A DNA stretch of 64,000 nt from NCBI RefSeq assembly GCF_964204645.1, contig NC_134028.1:24362345-24426344 (forward strand), read 5' to 3'. The notes below the pieces were generated by a model. It did no database searches and had not been told where the DNA came from. It saw nothing but the letters and a program-made list of their open reading frames with translations. The stretch's first letter is position 1, and every line of letters begins with the position of its first letter. Positions 13,457-28,146 of the stretch are shown piece by piece. Source of the stretch: Tubulanus polymorphus. Lineage: Eukaryota > Animalia > Nemertea. The translations under genes were made by a program, and so were the position numbers.

Positions 13457-16021
13457 TAATTGTGGGACGACAATCGATGTTTAATACGGAATGTACGTAA
13501 AATCAGGGATTTCATCGATCGTAGGAAACAAGATATCAATTCAAAAATGCCATCGCGCGTACTGTTCGCAATTCGCCGAAAATATATGATCTGGCATATT
13601 AAGGCGATAGCGTTAGATTCTTGACATTTTCACCACGCGGCGGGAGGGTTTGCCGCCGATGAATTCATTGGAGAAATAAGTGAACGGGTCAGACGAAGCG
13701 GTTACACATCTACTGTATCATGTATTTTTATAATGTGATTTACACTCGCAAATAGATAAGAAATACCACGAAATACATTTGAACATATTCCTACGAAGGG
13801 TTCTTTGAGTGCATCGACGCCGAAACATGTGTTCGTTTTTCAGAATCACGATACTCGGAAGCGCTTTTCACTTTTCCAGAACGATATTCGGGAGCGTCTT
13901 TTCGGTCCGATACCATCATAAATCGATTTTCTCGCGTTCTTTATTACGCGCAGTCACGAATCAAATGAATTCCATGCGAAATTCCTTACAACCAACTAAA
14001 AGTGACCAAGCAATTCACATTTTTTGGTACAATTCATAAAATGGCGAAATCCCCTCTTATTTTTTGCTTGATGAATTTTGCTTCTTAATTGAATTATATG
14101 TTGGGTCCCTTACAAACCCACTACATCGTCGTAAGATGTAACAGAGGGTTTGATTTTGAGATCGAAGTACAGATTTAGTTGGACGCTACCTGATATTTTA
14201 GTTCCAGTTCATATTAACAATCGTGACCATTTGGAATCTAATGTTTAAACCCTGGAACCAGAATTCCTTAAATCCAATATTCATCTATTCAATATGGAAT
14301 TCCCAGTCAATTCATGGTAGGGCAAAATGGTTTTAGGTTTGAATTTGAAAAAAAAGAATAACCCGTAATGTAAAAAAGCACGAATAATGACGGTATTACT
14401 GTTTGTTTCATAAGACATTTTTCCAAAAAAGATGAAATACGATGTTACGTCATGAGGGGCCGTTTCGATATTAATTCGAGTCGTTCCGTGAAACGGGCCC
14501 CAGGTCTGTACGCGTGTTTATTTATAACATTTCCGATGCGAAAATATCCCCCCTGACAGACACTTACTATTCCACGCGTACCATTTCAACTCAACAAACG
14601 TTGCATTTTCTGAATGGGAAGATTTATTCTTGAGATTCCACACACTATAGCGACATTCCACGCAGAAGCGTCTGACTTTACAACTTTCAACACTTAACAT
14701 TTACCGTTTCGACGTTCGAGATAAGACTTTTTTAAACACGGGAATTATTAGGCAGTAAATAAACTCGAAGTCATATTATACTCTATCATAAGTCTTTCGA
14801 TAATGTCTGACGTTAATTTGATGAAGGATATAAAATCTACGCGTAACAGCGTGTTGCGTCGATGTTAGACGAAGTTGATCTATAGCCTGATTTAAGACTA
14901 GTCGTAGGTGTGTGTGTCTACCCAGGAGACGACGGTCAACATCCACTCCCGGGACGCCAAATCAACATCCACCCCCGATATAACTGCCTAAAGTCTCATA
15001 ATTAATGACGAATAAAGCCACCGTTTTCAGCCGATCATCCGAACGACGCCCACGCCTTGTAATTTCCGTTCGTTTCGTTCTTCAAATCTTCCGCCATTTG
15101 AAGGGCAATGTAATCACGATGAAGTTTACCTGCTGTCTTATAAATTATAAAACAACGAGTTGATATTGGTTTAACGTTCATTTACTATAGAACGAAAATA
15201 AACAATCGGATTCCGATAGTGAACGTCTTTTCAGTTGTCGACGGTGGAACTTCAAATACAACAAATTCAGTCGCCAGCAGCAGCGCCCTCAGGACGAGTT
15301 TCTTTTAGAGAGCTTGTAACCGATATCATAAAATTTACGTTCTCGTTCGAATTCCTACAAAAAAATTCTTCCATTTCCTTCTCTTCTCTATCGTTATCTG
15401 CCTTATTTCATTGGGTGTCTACGTCAGCGGCCTTTAAGGCTCCGCAATTCAATTCAATCCAACGTTTATTTGCTCCATATAAGAAATAGATTAATTTGAG
15501 CATGGATGATTATTCATATTCTTCAGTAAACAAATGTTCATTTCATGCCGGAATACATTAATAGCGGACTACATCGAGGGAAAAAGAAATTAGTGGGTGT
15601 AGTTTTATCGCTGTTTACTGGCTGCCTTATGTATTGGCCATGCGTGGAAAAGCACTGTCATTATTTGTAAATATTTCTGCCGTTTTAGATTTTTTCCGAA
15701 TTTTGTGTTACTGCTTTTCTATGAAATATATATTTTATCGAACTGAATTGAGAATTGTGGAATTACTGGGTATTCTAATTACTCATTACTCTTATTCTAT
15801 GAGTCTATGAGATTTTGGATTCCAGAATCAGGAATACCGCTGAAACGATTATTTCAATACACTGAAACTAACAGCGATCATTAGGTTCATTCGGAAAAAT
15901 CTATTCAAAACTCCTGATCAATCTTGCGCACTATTCAGTGTCCATCTTTTTTCAAATTTCCTAAACCATATATGAACTGCGATAAAATAACGATGCCAAT
16001 TTTATAGTAAATTAGTGGTGA

Positions 16022-16138
<117 letters not shown>

Positions 16139-19100
16139 TTCTCCTTGTATCTTGTCGTTATCCGGCATCGTGAGTCGTCATTTAAAGATGCATTTATCTT
16201 GTATAATCGGCTGGCGCTCTATATAGTGTTGGTCGGGCAGACATACAGACAGATTGTATAGATGCGAAGGCACTTGTCTAATTAGTTTGACCGATGTAAG
16301 TTGCTCGTTGCCGATACGTCGGTACAACTATTGCATTGATTGATCGATACGCTCGATCAATCGGTATTGATTTCATCGAGTCCAGTCTTTCATCTTACCG
16401 CTTTCGACCTCGGATGTCTATCTAACTCACAGGTTATGGCTGGCTATTCATCTGTCGGCGGATCAGAAGCTCGTCTTGCGCTTCTGATTCGACGTCAACC
16501 GGTGCACACAGTTCACCTCAAATGAATGACCCTTAACCTTCTGTTACAACAGTGTGTTAACCCGAAATACGACCGGATTTTCAATTTCCAATTATGCGCT
16601 TCGATTTAATCGGAGAATTCTGAAGATTCGCATTGATTCATTTAACTCCACCAGTGTTCTCAAAATGCTGGAATTCAAAAAGGGTTACATTATGACGACG
16701 TGGCTGCTGCAGTAGTAAGGCTTTTGATCTCTCAAAAATACAGAAGATCTACGCTAAATTTTAGTATAGTCTTCCATTTTTCACATTATTTGTTGGCTCA
16801 ATACATTTCAAAGCAATTATCAGCATTGATAACCATTGGTTGGGGTAGCAGATTTTTAATGAGGGGATTAAGGATTTTAAGAGGGCTGAATGTAAAGACA
16901 AAAGGTGGTGGCCGCCCTTCTACAACCTGTTGTGGTGAACACTGACTCCACTTTTCAAAGTCTAAGCCCCTGCTCTGCTTCACTTCCGACAGATGTGATG
17001 AATTTATAAGGAACATGGTTAATAAGATAAGAGATTAATCTCTACTTCAGAGGCTTCAGCCAGAATGGGGGTTTTATTCTGTTTCGTGGATGCGTAGAAT
17101 TAATTCCGATTTGAAGCTCTGTTTTCTGGAAGTTGACTTTTTTTGTTTTCTGGAATTTGATTTTTTTCCACTTCATTTATCACAGTTACAAATATCCACT
17201 TCATTTATCACAGTCACAGTTCGCATCCATAATCTATACTCTAGACATACTTCTGCTATTATTTGTACAATCATTGGCATGAGCTTCCACACTAGCTCGT
17301 TTAATTCATGGGCGAAATCAATAAGAATCGATAAATCCGCATGAACTGTACAAACCCCCTTGAAAGTTTACTGTCGCCCTGAAGAAAAATAACACATATT
17401 TTGCATGTTATTATCGACAATGAATGATATAGTGTATTATTAAGGATCAGTCAAGTTGTTTTGAATTTGAATATATCGATAATTGAATCGAACTGAACGG
17501 CAACCAGTCTAGCCTCAATATTGATGACGTATGGTACTTCCGCTCGAAATCCATTATTGGAAAATTGAATTAAATTTGTTAAAATTAAATTTATTGAATA
17601 GAAAATGAAATGTAATCAATCAAAAAAATAAACGCTAAGATTCGCAATAACTGTTAATGATATTTTGAAACGTCAATGTTGATGACGTAGTACACACATC
17701 GACGCACACAGAGCCCCTTAAATAACGCATAGTAAGTTATCAATGTGAATAAACATTATTGTAACGGTTTCTACGGCGTAAGAAACTTCAATATTTCGTG
17801 GATGAATATTACTATTAAAGATACCATCGTGGCGATCATCAACGATTTACGTACGTTCTATGAATGGAAGCACTTAAACTATAAACACTAACTTAGAAAC
17901 TGTTTTAGTTAGTGTTGTAAAATCGCCAACGAGCTTCAGTTGTTGTAACGAGCAGGTTTTAGTGCGAGTTTGCGGTGTTCGGAGCGGTTTTCTATCCCGA
18001 TCCAGGCACAGCGTCGATTATTTACTAGAACCGGCAGTGTTGTTGAAGCAATCATGTTTCGGTGCTGCAAATGGCTACGATCCAGCAGTTCAACTTGACT
18101 AGGTTGTTTACTTCACGTCTTATGCACAATCTACCCACGGTCGACCGAATATTCAACAAAAATCATTATGCAATCGTACAGGTATCCCGATGTATTGCGA
18201 ATTCCAATTTCCATTCAGACAATACATATAACATGTATATACGTGATGTATACTAAGTATACTAAGGTTGTCTATGCAAAATCTTCTAACCTCCAGTGCA
18301 CTTCACTCGATGCATCTCCACGATCATCGAGACTTGTCTCGTTAGAGCCGGTTTTCTAGAAAGCTCGTAATATTGGCGATATTCAATGTATCCCACCTAA
18401 TCAAAAAGATTCCACCGCTTTCACGAGCAATATATAGTAATTACAGATAAAATACATCGAATATTTATTTTCTCATAACGTAACCTCTTTCACGGGTGGT
18501 ATATATCTATAGCACATGTATCGCTTGCTTATTAAGATATTTACTTTGTGTTTGTAGAGATTCGTTTTTCTGTATTCGTCAATATCTAATTTTTGTTGTT
18601 TCGAGTTGTTAGATGTAAAACCACCGCGCTTCTGGTGCTGCTATTGCCAACAATAATCTGCTCATTCTATACATCATTATCTGGTTCCGCAGTTCGGATT
18701 AGAAGCCGCTCGCGACTTTGAATAAAACTATAGTTGTACATATACAATTAAGTTTTTCTTTCTTAACGGGTCCCAGTTCTCGGTTATGTTTGACTCCGGA
18801 GTTAAATTCATTTTCAATTTGTTAAATCAAGGCCTACAGTAAATCAAACGTTTATTGATCCCCTAAACTCAGAAGTGCCGTGAACTGGTGTTTAGTGCAG
18901 TTTATACAAACGCTTACTTTTTATATTATTTTTATATTTTCCCTTCCATCCGTTCATCTGTAGAGATATGAAATCACGTTTAAAAAGAACTTCCTGCAAA
19001 AAGTCAAATTGAAACTAGCAAATCTTTCATATCTATCCTACTTATATCTTGATTTCATTTGTTCGCACCTTTGACATTAATTTACGTTGGCCAGTCTTAA

Positions 19101-19575
19101 TAAAATCAGATTAAAAATGCTATTCGTTTCGTTCATTTATGATCGCTTAAAACGGAATTAGACGAATCGGATTTCACTCTGATTTATATGCAGTTGAATT
19201 TATACTGGAATTTAAATTTTCACAAAAACGTCTCATGCAAGAGCTCGGGTAATAGAGTAGTTGTTATTCAACCGTGTAGATTTCTCTCATCCGTTTAATT
19301 TCGCCTATCGCTTCTGTCATAAACATGCTCTTCGTAAGAGTTTTTGAAGCCCATTGTTCAAGGCTTTACTGCCGAATATGAAACTTCGTGCATTCGGTCG
19401 TATACATAATTATAATATTGTCGATATGTACGTATACTTTTTGTACTATCATGAAAATGAATGCCCAATGAATATCTGGGTATGATTTATAGAGCTTAAA
19501 ATGCAAATATAAATTAACGAGTTGCACACGATTGAAAATTTTATGTAATAAATTCTTATTTCAGTTTAGAAAATA

Positions 19576-19784
19576 ATGGATGGTTTGACAATGTGCTATA
19601 GATGGATATATGCAGTGGGTTTCCTCGTTTTACTGATGCTTTATGAACGAACGCGGGCGCAGATATTTCCCAGCAAGGACCAGAAACGTTTTCATCGAAA
19701 TCACCCAGAGATGTTCTACGACAGTAAGATTCTACCCGACGGCATTGAAGTAACTACGTATCTATTCAGAGGAGAAACGCAAAG
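19576..19784 (+). CDS. NDNF: NDNF/Nord coding exon 1 (signal peptide and N-terminus)
   Basis: Acceptor ttcttatttcag ends at 19564, ATG at 19576, donor AAAG|GTAAGG (phase 2). Encodes the hydrophobic stretch WIYAVGFLVLLML, then DSKILPDGIEVTTYLFRGETQR, which resembles vertebrate NDNF DSSVIPDGAEISSYLFRDTPKR. Confidence 0.9.
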
Positions 19785-20277
19785 GTAAGGACTCGATCTG
19801 TTGCTCTTGAACGCGATGTCATCGTTTGTTCACGCCACGATTTTTGGTTGGGGCATCTTCACCCGTCAAGGGATTCGAACCCACTACGCTGAAGCTGTTC
19901 GCCGAACCCCTTGACCTCACGAGTCGTTGGAGTCGTTACTAGCCGACCAGAATCCGGTCGTACCAATCACAGCGCTTGTAACAAACGACTTTAGGCTTCT
20001 ATTGGTTTTCCCGTTAAATAGACCAATCAGCGAACGTTTTACTGAACAAGGGAGTATTTTGCAAATCGATATATGACGTCATACGCAACAGCGCCAGTAA
20101 TGAAATCATGCTTCGTGAGGCCAGGGGGCTGGTGGAAGCGAGTTCGGGAGTGATACCTGACCCCTGGCAAGCGAGGATGTGGTTGGGGTATAATATATCA
20201 TTCGTTCAAATACAAACCACTCCTAAAACCTATACGGCATTTTGAATTTACTAGGTTTTCAAAGATGGTCATGAATT

Positions 20278-20422
20278 AAGTCCAACGCACATGATGATGC
20301 AGGGAAACAGGGAAACACAGAAAGGACCATTATTAATGCTGTTTCCGAAAACATGTTTCTCGTTTCTCGTAACGCTCAAAAACGTGTTTCCCGCGTTTCC
20401 CTGCGTCGTAAGCGTTGGGCTT
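20278..20422. mobile_element. same MITE family, copy 3
   Basis: aagtccaacgcacatgatgatgcagggaaac ... gtttccctgcgtcgtaagcgttgggctt. Confidence 0.6.
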
Positions 20423-23400
20423 TCAAACAAACACGTGTAGCTTATATATAGACTAACGTTTTGAGGATTTAGAAAGGACAAAATCCTGAAATGGGGAATG
20501 TAAAAAATTGATCTGCCATGTAAATATGTTGTTTTTGACCGAGTCGTGACGCATTGTGTACATGATTTCTACACTGTGTTGTTAATCACATTATTCTGAA
20601 ACGTCTTTAGAAAAACTTTTCGAAACGTACTTTAAGATTCTCTTCAAATCTCCAGCGCCGTTAGTTTCAATACAATCAGCGAAAAAAGCGCTTTTTCGTC
20701 GATGATCGAGAGGGGTAAAATTACTTGAAATTGGGACTTAACAAGAAAACTGTTTGACATTTCGGTTTTCGCTCACAGATATCGGTTTCGTGCACCGTTT
20801 GAGATGTGTTGTTTATCCCAGTGAAGCCGTTGTTAATTGCATACGATCCAGAATAAATGTTTTCAGTCAAATACGAGACAACGAACCCGCAGACAAAATG
20901 GGCCACATTGCCTTGACCTTTTGAAATGGATATCATGAATTTTAGTCGTTATAAATGGAGAACCTCAATTATGCATCATCTGTCTGGGTCCCGAGAGATG
21001 TTCCGAAAGCAAACCTCTTCGATTGTCGGTGTCAAATATAAGAATCTTTTTTTTGCATATTTTTCAATTTTGACTCCTCTGATATTTCTTCGACTAGTCT
21101 TTACATGGTATAAGTATATAGATATTTCTCTCAGTATCGGTGATCCAGTTATCCGAGGAGGCTACATTCATTTCGACGTGGTCAACGTTCTAGCATGTGA
21201 AGTGTTGTATACACACATTACTGCCATAGTCCCGCGGTTTCATCGTTGTTGCTTGATAGTCACGTGCCCCTCCTTCAAGTCTTGGTGACCGTCGGGTGAA
21301 TTTTCACTTGGAAAATAAACAATCGCGAACCTGCTTTAAACGTAATAGCCAAAAGTAATAAGTTAAACGAGCCAGGGTTTTTAAGGGTGGGGGAGGGGTT
21401 GGTGAGTTGTCTGTACCATCTTCGAGAGATCATCTCATAAAAATGTAACATTGATTTTGGTATCTAACGCTATGAAAATAAAGAATAGGAGGGACACTTT
21501 CCAAAGGGGTGGGTGTTCATGCACCCAACAGCAACCCTTTCCTAGATCTTCGCTTGCCTATGGTAAAAATCTAATCTAAATGAACTTAACTAGAAAGCAT
21601 ACAGTTTATTTCGTGTAATCTTGATCGTGGCTTCGAGACTGATTTTGCGTTGTACGATTAGTCATAGAACTAAGATGGACGTAACTGGTATCGAAAATGA
21701 GCTTTCACTGCTTTCGCTATGCAATTGTGTAAAAGATCGAGAGTCCGCTTTAAAAGAAAAACAGGAAAGTGCGTAAAGCGGTGTCGTTGACAATGCGAAT
21801 CAAATTGAAAACGTTAAGAAGTGAACAGCTGAAAACCACTGATCTCGCAAGTTTGTTAAACGACTCCCAGTTGTAGTATAGACATCGTGGACACTATCCC
21901 GCTTATGTCATTCGCTCCCGGGTCTGTGTGTAGAAACTTTCGTCTGGATTCCGTTTAATTATCTGTCAATCTCGAACTATATTACGCCATTCCCAGTGTC
22001 ACGAAGGACAAGGCCGCAAGCGACGGATCAATATATCGACGCCGCGCTACCCGACACTAATCTTATAGATACAGACACAAGTGGACCATTTAATGTTTCT
22101 ATATTAATCAAAATTTATCCATCGGAGATAGTTTTGTCAGTTTTATTCGACGATAGGCAAACAACTCGATAACGGCGGAGTTCATCGATTATAAATTGAG
22201 TGCAGCCGAATTTTATGACGAATAGATTAACGGATAACGAAATAGAACTGAACATGAACGACAGCGTTTGTAAAATAAGTGGTCAGGAACAAATTGAAGC
22301 TTACTCGTCTAGACGGTTAACTGATACAAGAGCTATTCTTTTTTTTTCGACCATCCATCTTAGTTTCTGTTGGTTTATCGTGTACTTCTCGAACTTATTT
22401 AATTTTCGACGTATATGTTTCAACTGAAATTGTTAATTGTCTCTTGGTGAGAACCTAATTGACTGAATCGCTATTATTTTTCTATCTGGCACGAGCAGTT
22501 GAAGCATTCGAGGTTGAAAGCGAGAGTCGTTCGTGATTACAGAATTTGTGTCATCATTATTCTAACGTCCGAAATGGACTTACTTGCCCCGGAGCATCCA
22601 GTGCTAACGGGGCAAGAATCGATGTCACTGGAGACAGTCGCGTCTTACTCGAGAACGAATTGGAGCCAGATCTCGTGACCGACCGCAACGCGACACACTC
22701 TTACCGACATTATCATTCGTCGAAAATATCTTGAGCACAGGCAGCTTTATCGAGAAGTACCCGTCGGAACCCTCCGAAAGTACCATAAGTACACCGGCGC
22801 TACAGAATTGCATCATAGCCCTCGAGATGTACACAGACGCCTTGGCAGGTAACAACCTGTTGAATGCAGACAGTGCTGGGATAAAAACATTCAACAAAAA
22901 CCGTGGAGGAGATTTGAACAGTTTCTTCATTTGTCGAAAATAGCGGAACGTTAAACAAATTAATCGTTAAAGCGTGTGTTAAGAGCTATGTTTAACAAGT
23001 CGAAGGTGTTGTCGGCTTCGTTACTCGAAATAGACTAACACGGCGATTTGTCCATGAGTCTATGGAGAACTGGGACCTTGATGGGAGATAATCTTAAGGC
23101 CTACCTCGTTTATCAGCTTTAGATTAATATAAAACTGAAATAAGAACCATTTATCTAGACCTATTGTTTCGGAGGTACAAGATAGCATAGCAGAACTTGA
23201 CTATTTAGCAATGCTCAAAGGACAACCACCCTTACACGAGTACAGATTATCTATTAATGCTGCTACGCGCTCAGAAGATGGAATTCAAATTTTCGAAATG
23301 TGTTAAACATAAATGATACTTTGAAGAAAAAGTGCGTTTGGTGAACATTTCGTGAATGTTTGCGTTGGCGGTTCACGTGTGCGTGACATATGTTGCGATC

Positions 23401-25422
23401 AGTAACGTTGAATTATCGTGTCGTGAATTATCGGGCAAAACCTCAACCAATTTCATCTACATGTTGCGCTATTTGAAGAACAAGTCGCTATGAAGAAAAC
23501 AATGAGTGTAGTGAAATTTCGAATTGTTTGAGCCATTCTCAGTCACTAATCCCATAGTTTTTTTTCTTCATAAGTGTACTTTTTCTTCAATTGTATTACA
23601 AACAGTGGAAACCAATCTTTTTCTCGATTAACACGTTTTTCGGTAGCCTAAGTTTTTTGTTCCGGGGAGCCCTCCCTAACGTATACGAAGATATCCATCT
23701 CCCCACTCGACCCTATGAACATCGTAAATTACTTTAAGTGCACTAAATTTTCTTCCTTCATAAATGAAACTTATCCATTAAATGGTCCCAACATGGTTTT
23801 CCGTGTTGTTCTTCCAGCCGACTAGTGTTTTCTTGATATATGGCCGCTGAAACAAGACTTCTTAACTATTCTTAGTTTAACTCAGTGAAAACAGCCTGGG
23901 ATTTCTGTTTGTTGAGGTAGAACGGTGAGGCGGCTCTGACCTGAACACCCAGTGCGGGGGCGAAGCAATAAAATTGACTAGATACATTTTTTCAATGTTT
24001 TTGAACGAATTTCGCGAAATTTTTTCGACGATGTTCGAACCCGGACGTCGTTTCCTCTCTCGCAGTTGAAGCTTTAGTTTTTGCGTGTAGAAGTCATTCA
24101 ATCCTTCGAGTATCATGTCTTATTCTGAAACCATTTGAAACTAAAAATATACTCCTAATTGATAAACAATTAACGGGCGCACGTGCGAGTGATAAAAACC
24201 TGAGACCGAAACATACCATAATAACGAATCGTTCCTTTCATACGATGTTTACGTTAATGAAATTGTTTCCTCTTGATTTTGTCAAACAATCGTTACATCT
24301 TTACGTCGTTCGGGCAATTTTCTAAATCACCTTTGATCCGATGTGACCGCAAATATGAAGTCGGTTATGTAAATGTGTCTATCATCACGGTGTCAGTATA
24401 GATACAACTCTGATGATGGGATATTGTACTTTTAAGGTTTATTTTCTGCATTTCGTTACATGTCATAATATGAAGCATCTAACTTTTAAAGAGGCCGTGT
24501 GCTCCCTGCATATAGTTATCAATATTTAGATGTAAGCGATGGTAAGAGAAACATTATGTGATGGTGACTATGTTGTTGTCTTTGAACAGTAACGCATTTG
24601 TTATTCTATAAATTCAAGGCAGGTGTCGTGTCATAGTATCAGATGCCTTCGATGTCAGATGCCTCTCACCCCCCACACCAGCAATAGAATGGCGGATGAA
24701 GTGGATAGACATAATGCGGCTGCTGACCCTTCCCTTGCCATTAATCCTGAGATATATGAAATGGGGGGTATAAAATAAGGCGAGGCTTTTTACTTTATGA
24801 CACCGGAATCCAGTTCCATTGTTCTCGCAAGATTTAAGAAGTCAGTTCTTTTCAAAAGTTTGTAACTCTAAATCAAAATAACCGGGAACTAATGAAACTG
24901 GCTGTGGGGTCGGGGGAGGTTTATTGAAAACAAATATTATTATTACAGAAACATCTAGGAATTGATTGTATGTAATCATTACAAGCCGAACGATTTGACC
25001 TAACGTTGAACAATGTTTGATTTCAGGCGGTTCCCTTTATCAGAATTCCGAACAATTTTGAATTTGTCGAAATAAATTCGAGTACGCATAGCGTTAACTA
25101 TCAGACAATAAACAAATGCTTAAAAATTAACCGTCGATTTTTACTTGATTTCACAGTCGTATCTTAATTCAAGATGAAAGTTTGTGATACAAACTAACGT
25201 TAAACGGTATTTGTTCGGTGATAGATTTGAAAAAAATAACCAACAAATCATCGAACGCGACGAGCACACAGGAACTAACGATGATATATGCGTTGGTAAA
25301 TGTACTGATGGTTATTTTCTTTGGATAAACGAATACTGGACAAATGTGTGGACACTGTTACCTTTGTAAACACGAGCACACGACTGATGTTCTATAGATT
25401 AATGCTTTCTTCGTATTTGCAG

Positions 25423-25538
25423 GTATTTTTTCATCGTCGAGCGCAATACACCGGTGTCAATCATAGTTACACCATGTACAGCTCCGGTCCTGTTCAAGCT
25501 TTATCTAAGAGACATGCCACCTCTCAATGCGCATAAAG
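25423..25538 (+). CDS. NDNF: NDNF/Nord coding exon 2
   Basis: tcgtatttgcag|G acceptor, 116 nt, donor AAAG|GTAAAA, phase 2 to 1. Translates (R)YFFIVERNTPVSIIVTPCTAPVLFKLYLRDMPPLNAHK, matching NDNF RYFFVVEEDNTPLSVTVTPCDAPL. Not in the ORF track. Confidence 0.9.
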
Positions 25539-26788
25539 GTAAAAAGTTAATACGTTTCTTATGGCAGAAAAATCTCTGCCTATCCGTACATAAAACTCGC
25601 AAGTTTGTTTTACCAACGTAAATGTTTATTTCTCGAAACGTAAACGTTTAATTGGTTTGTAAACACAATATGGTTATCTGTTTCGGAATTTGCATCGCGC
25701 TGCCACGATCCAAAAGACCGCTACGATTCTAGTCCAGTAATTGTGGAAAGAAAAATTTGACTGCGCGACACGCCTCACTAGAAAATATTTTCGAGGCTGA
25801 AATTTCATTAAAAATCGCATTTCAAACTACGACGAGTGAAGTGCCATCGAAAAGAAACGTAACGATAGTCTAAACAACTTAGTAGAAAGTTAGTCGAGAC
25901 CTTGGGAAAGCTAAGTTGTCGTTTGAACCGAACAAGTTTTAAAAAGTTAAGAAAACAAGAAAAATTCTCAAAAAGAAAGATAGTGAAAGACATAGTACGT
26001 GTCTGATCGTACGAAGATGTGCGAGGTTTAGTAGTTGATCTTACTGACTTTAAGCAGTAGTTGTTTAGTGCTAAAACTACTTCTAATATTCTCTCTCAAT
26101 GCGCGTTATCAAATCAGATACCGCACGTATGCCAACCGCTTCATAAACCGCAGAAACGCCGACTTCGTTCTCACCTCCGACGATGAATGTACGCAGTCGT
26201 CGAGTTAGGCGCTAAGTTGAAAACAAAGACCGCAGGGGATAGGATCAAGTGAAGAGAAAACTAAGAGAGTATCGACGTTTCGATTCTAGTCTATGAGCAG
26301 TTTTCGGAATTCAAACTAAAACTATAAACTTAAAAAGACAGAAAAATTGAATAAGTTGAAACGTATCAACCCTCTCTTAGTTTGTTTTAGATAGTTATGG
26401 GTTTTTTCTTCGATTAAATCATAGACAGCGACTCGTCTAAATCCCAGGGATACGGTGTAAATCTACTGCAGGTTCGACTCGCCGCAATGAATAGAAGCTT
26501 TGTGACTGAACGTTATTTCAAAAGGGTCCAACTTCAAGTAATTTGCGCAGATAAAATTCAGTTCAGCCGAGGGGCGTTTCTTAATTTCGGGTTTGTTTTT
26601 CATTCGAAAACTCAATTATGAAAACTCAACGGGGAACAAAAATTCTTTTCCGACCTTTTTAATTTTTCACGAAGTTTTGACGGAATTTAGGGTGGTGGAT
26701 CCGTATTTAAATCAATTTCCATTCGTCCCTAAATTGATAAAAGAATCGCATTGATTTGTAATGATCGTTTTCTGATTTTTTCTCACAG

Positions 26789-28146
26789 TTGCCGATGGTT
26801 TACAGTATGAACAAGGCGGTGGGGAAAATAGCGTCGACCAAACAAACGCCCGCGAGGTGTTCTCAAAAACTGACCAAAAACGTATGACCTACCAAACCGA
26901 CAATAGCCCGGTTGGTATATATATGATTGACCTGTTAAGTAACGGAACAGACAGTAGCATTCGAGTGTTCGCCACATCGAATCCTTCGATAGACTGGCCA
27001 TATCCGGACCTTCCGGGTAACAAGAAAATACGGGTGACGCGAGCGACCTCGCGAAGTTTGCGCGTTTCGTGGGATCCGAGTCCGACGCACGCTTTGCTCG
27101 GACAAAAAGTAAAATATTGCGTCGCTTTGCGGCGTCGAAAGCATTCTTTCAGCCACTGCGACGCTTTGGCGCAGGTGCGCGGTGATATCCCGCCTACGGT
27201 GCCGCCCAATGCCGGTTTCGGTTGGGGTTGGGAAAAGGACATACGCAAACGAATAAACGCTAAACGCAAGCTTACACGACCGAAAAATCGAAACGTGAAA
27301 TACGCCTGTGTCGGTAAAAAGAGGCGTTATAGATTTCGGGGTCTACGACCCAAAACGAGGTATTACATCGACGTGTTCGCAATGAACCCGTCGAATAACG
27401 CGAGTGTGCGGTACACGGGCACCGTATCGCGCACTAAACCCAAGGTGAAATCGACGAGAATCGACCACGGGCGACTGGCGGCCATTTTACTTCGCAAAAG
27501 AAACGGTTACAGGCGATACAGATTACGCGTCAGACAATCGACGCCGAAATTGACAATTCAAATATTGTCGTGCGACGGTCAAATCAGCGCCGATATCGTG
27601 CGCGACAGGAAAGTGTTGAAAAAAGAAACGTTCAAAGGTTTAAAAACGATCGAAATTGACAAGGTCGATAAAGATAGCAATTACAGCGTGAAACTAATTT
27701 TAGAACACCGACGGACTGGGTTAGTGAAGCTGTTTTATACTACAGCTGTAAACGGAGTGTTACCACTGCCGAGAATATCAAACGACACCAGCGTGAAAGT
27801 ATTCGAACATTTAACTACTTGTAATTCCGTAACAGTGGCCTGGCTGGGCACCGAGGATAATCTAAAATACTGTTTATACAAACGAAACGTGAATACGAAC
27901 GATTACCAATCGACGTACTCGCAGAAGAGCCAGTGTTTGCGGCGCGGTAGTCGGACGGTCGGGAAGAGGGTTATGTGCAGGTCGTTTCGAGCGCAAAACA
28001 ACAAGAAAATGGTGATGACGCAAACGATTACGGGTCTAGCCTCTGACACGCAGTATGAATTCAGCGTGTACGTATCGAATAAATTCGGCGAGTCGATATT
28101 ATATCAATCCGCCTACACGAGAACTAAAAGACGCTGTTCGAAATGA
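26789..28146 (+). CDS. NDNF: NDNF/Nord coding exon 3 (FN3 repeats and NDNF C-terminal region); spliced protein 560 aa
   Basis: Acceptor ttttttctcacag, in frame with the 429-aa ORF. NDNF-like motifs: PYPDLP, VSWDPSPT, YCVAL, GLRPKTRYYIDVFAMN, TCNSVTVAWLGT, KYCLYKR, YQSAYTRTKRRC. 209+116+1358 nt = 561 codons including the stop. Confidence 0.95.

Noticed and set aside
19861-19900. B-box-like GGTTCGAATCC motifs as tRNA genes (also near 55, 1050, 33250, 49030)
   Set aside because: No cloverleaf could be folded; more likely decayed tRNA-derived SINE heads.
25984-26005. TGAAAGACAT resembling the start of miR-71
   Set aside because: Only the first 10 nt match and no precursor hairpin is evident.
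26783-27269. minus-strand ORFs over NDNF (likewise 48395-48601, 60122-60645, 62906-63113, 63568-64000)
   Set aside because: Antisense shadows of real + strand exons.
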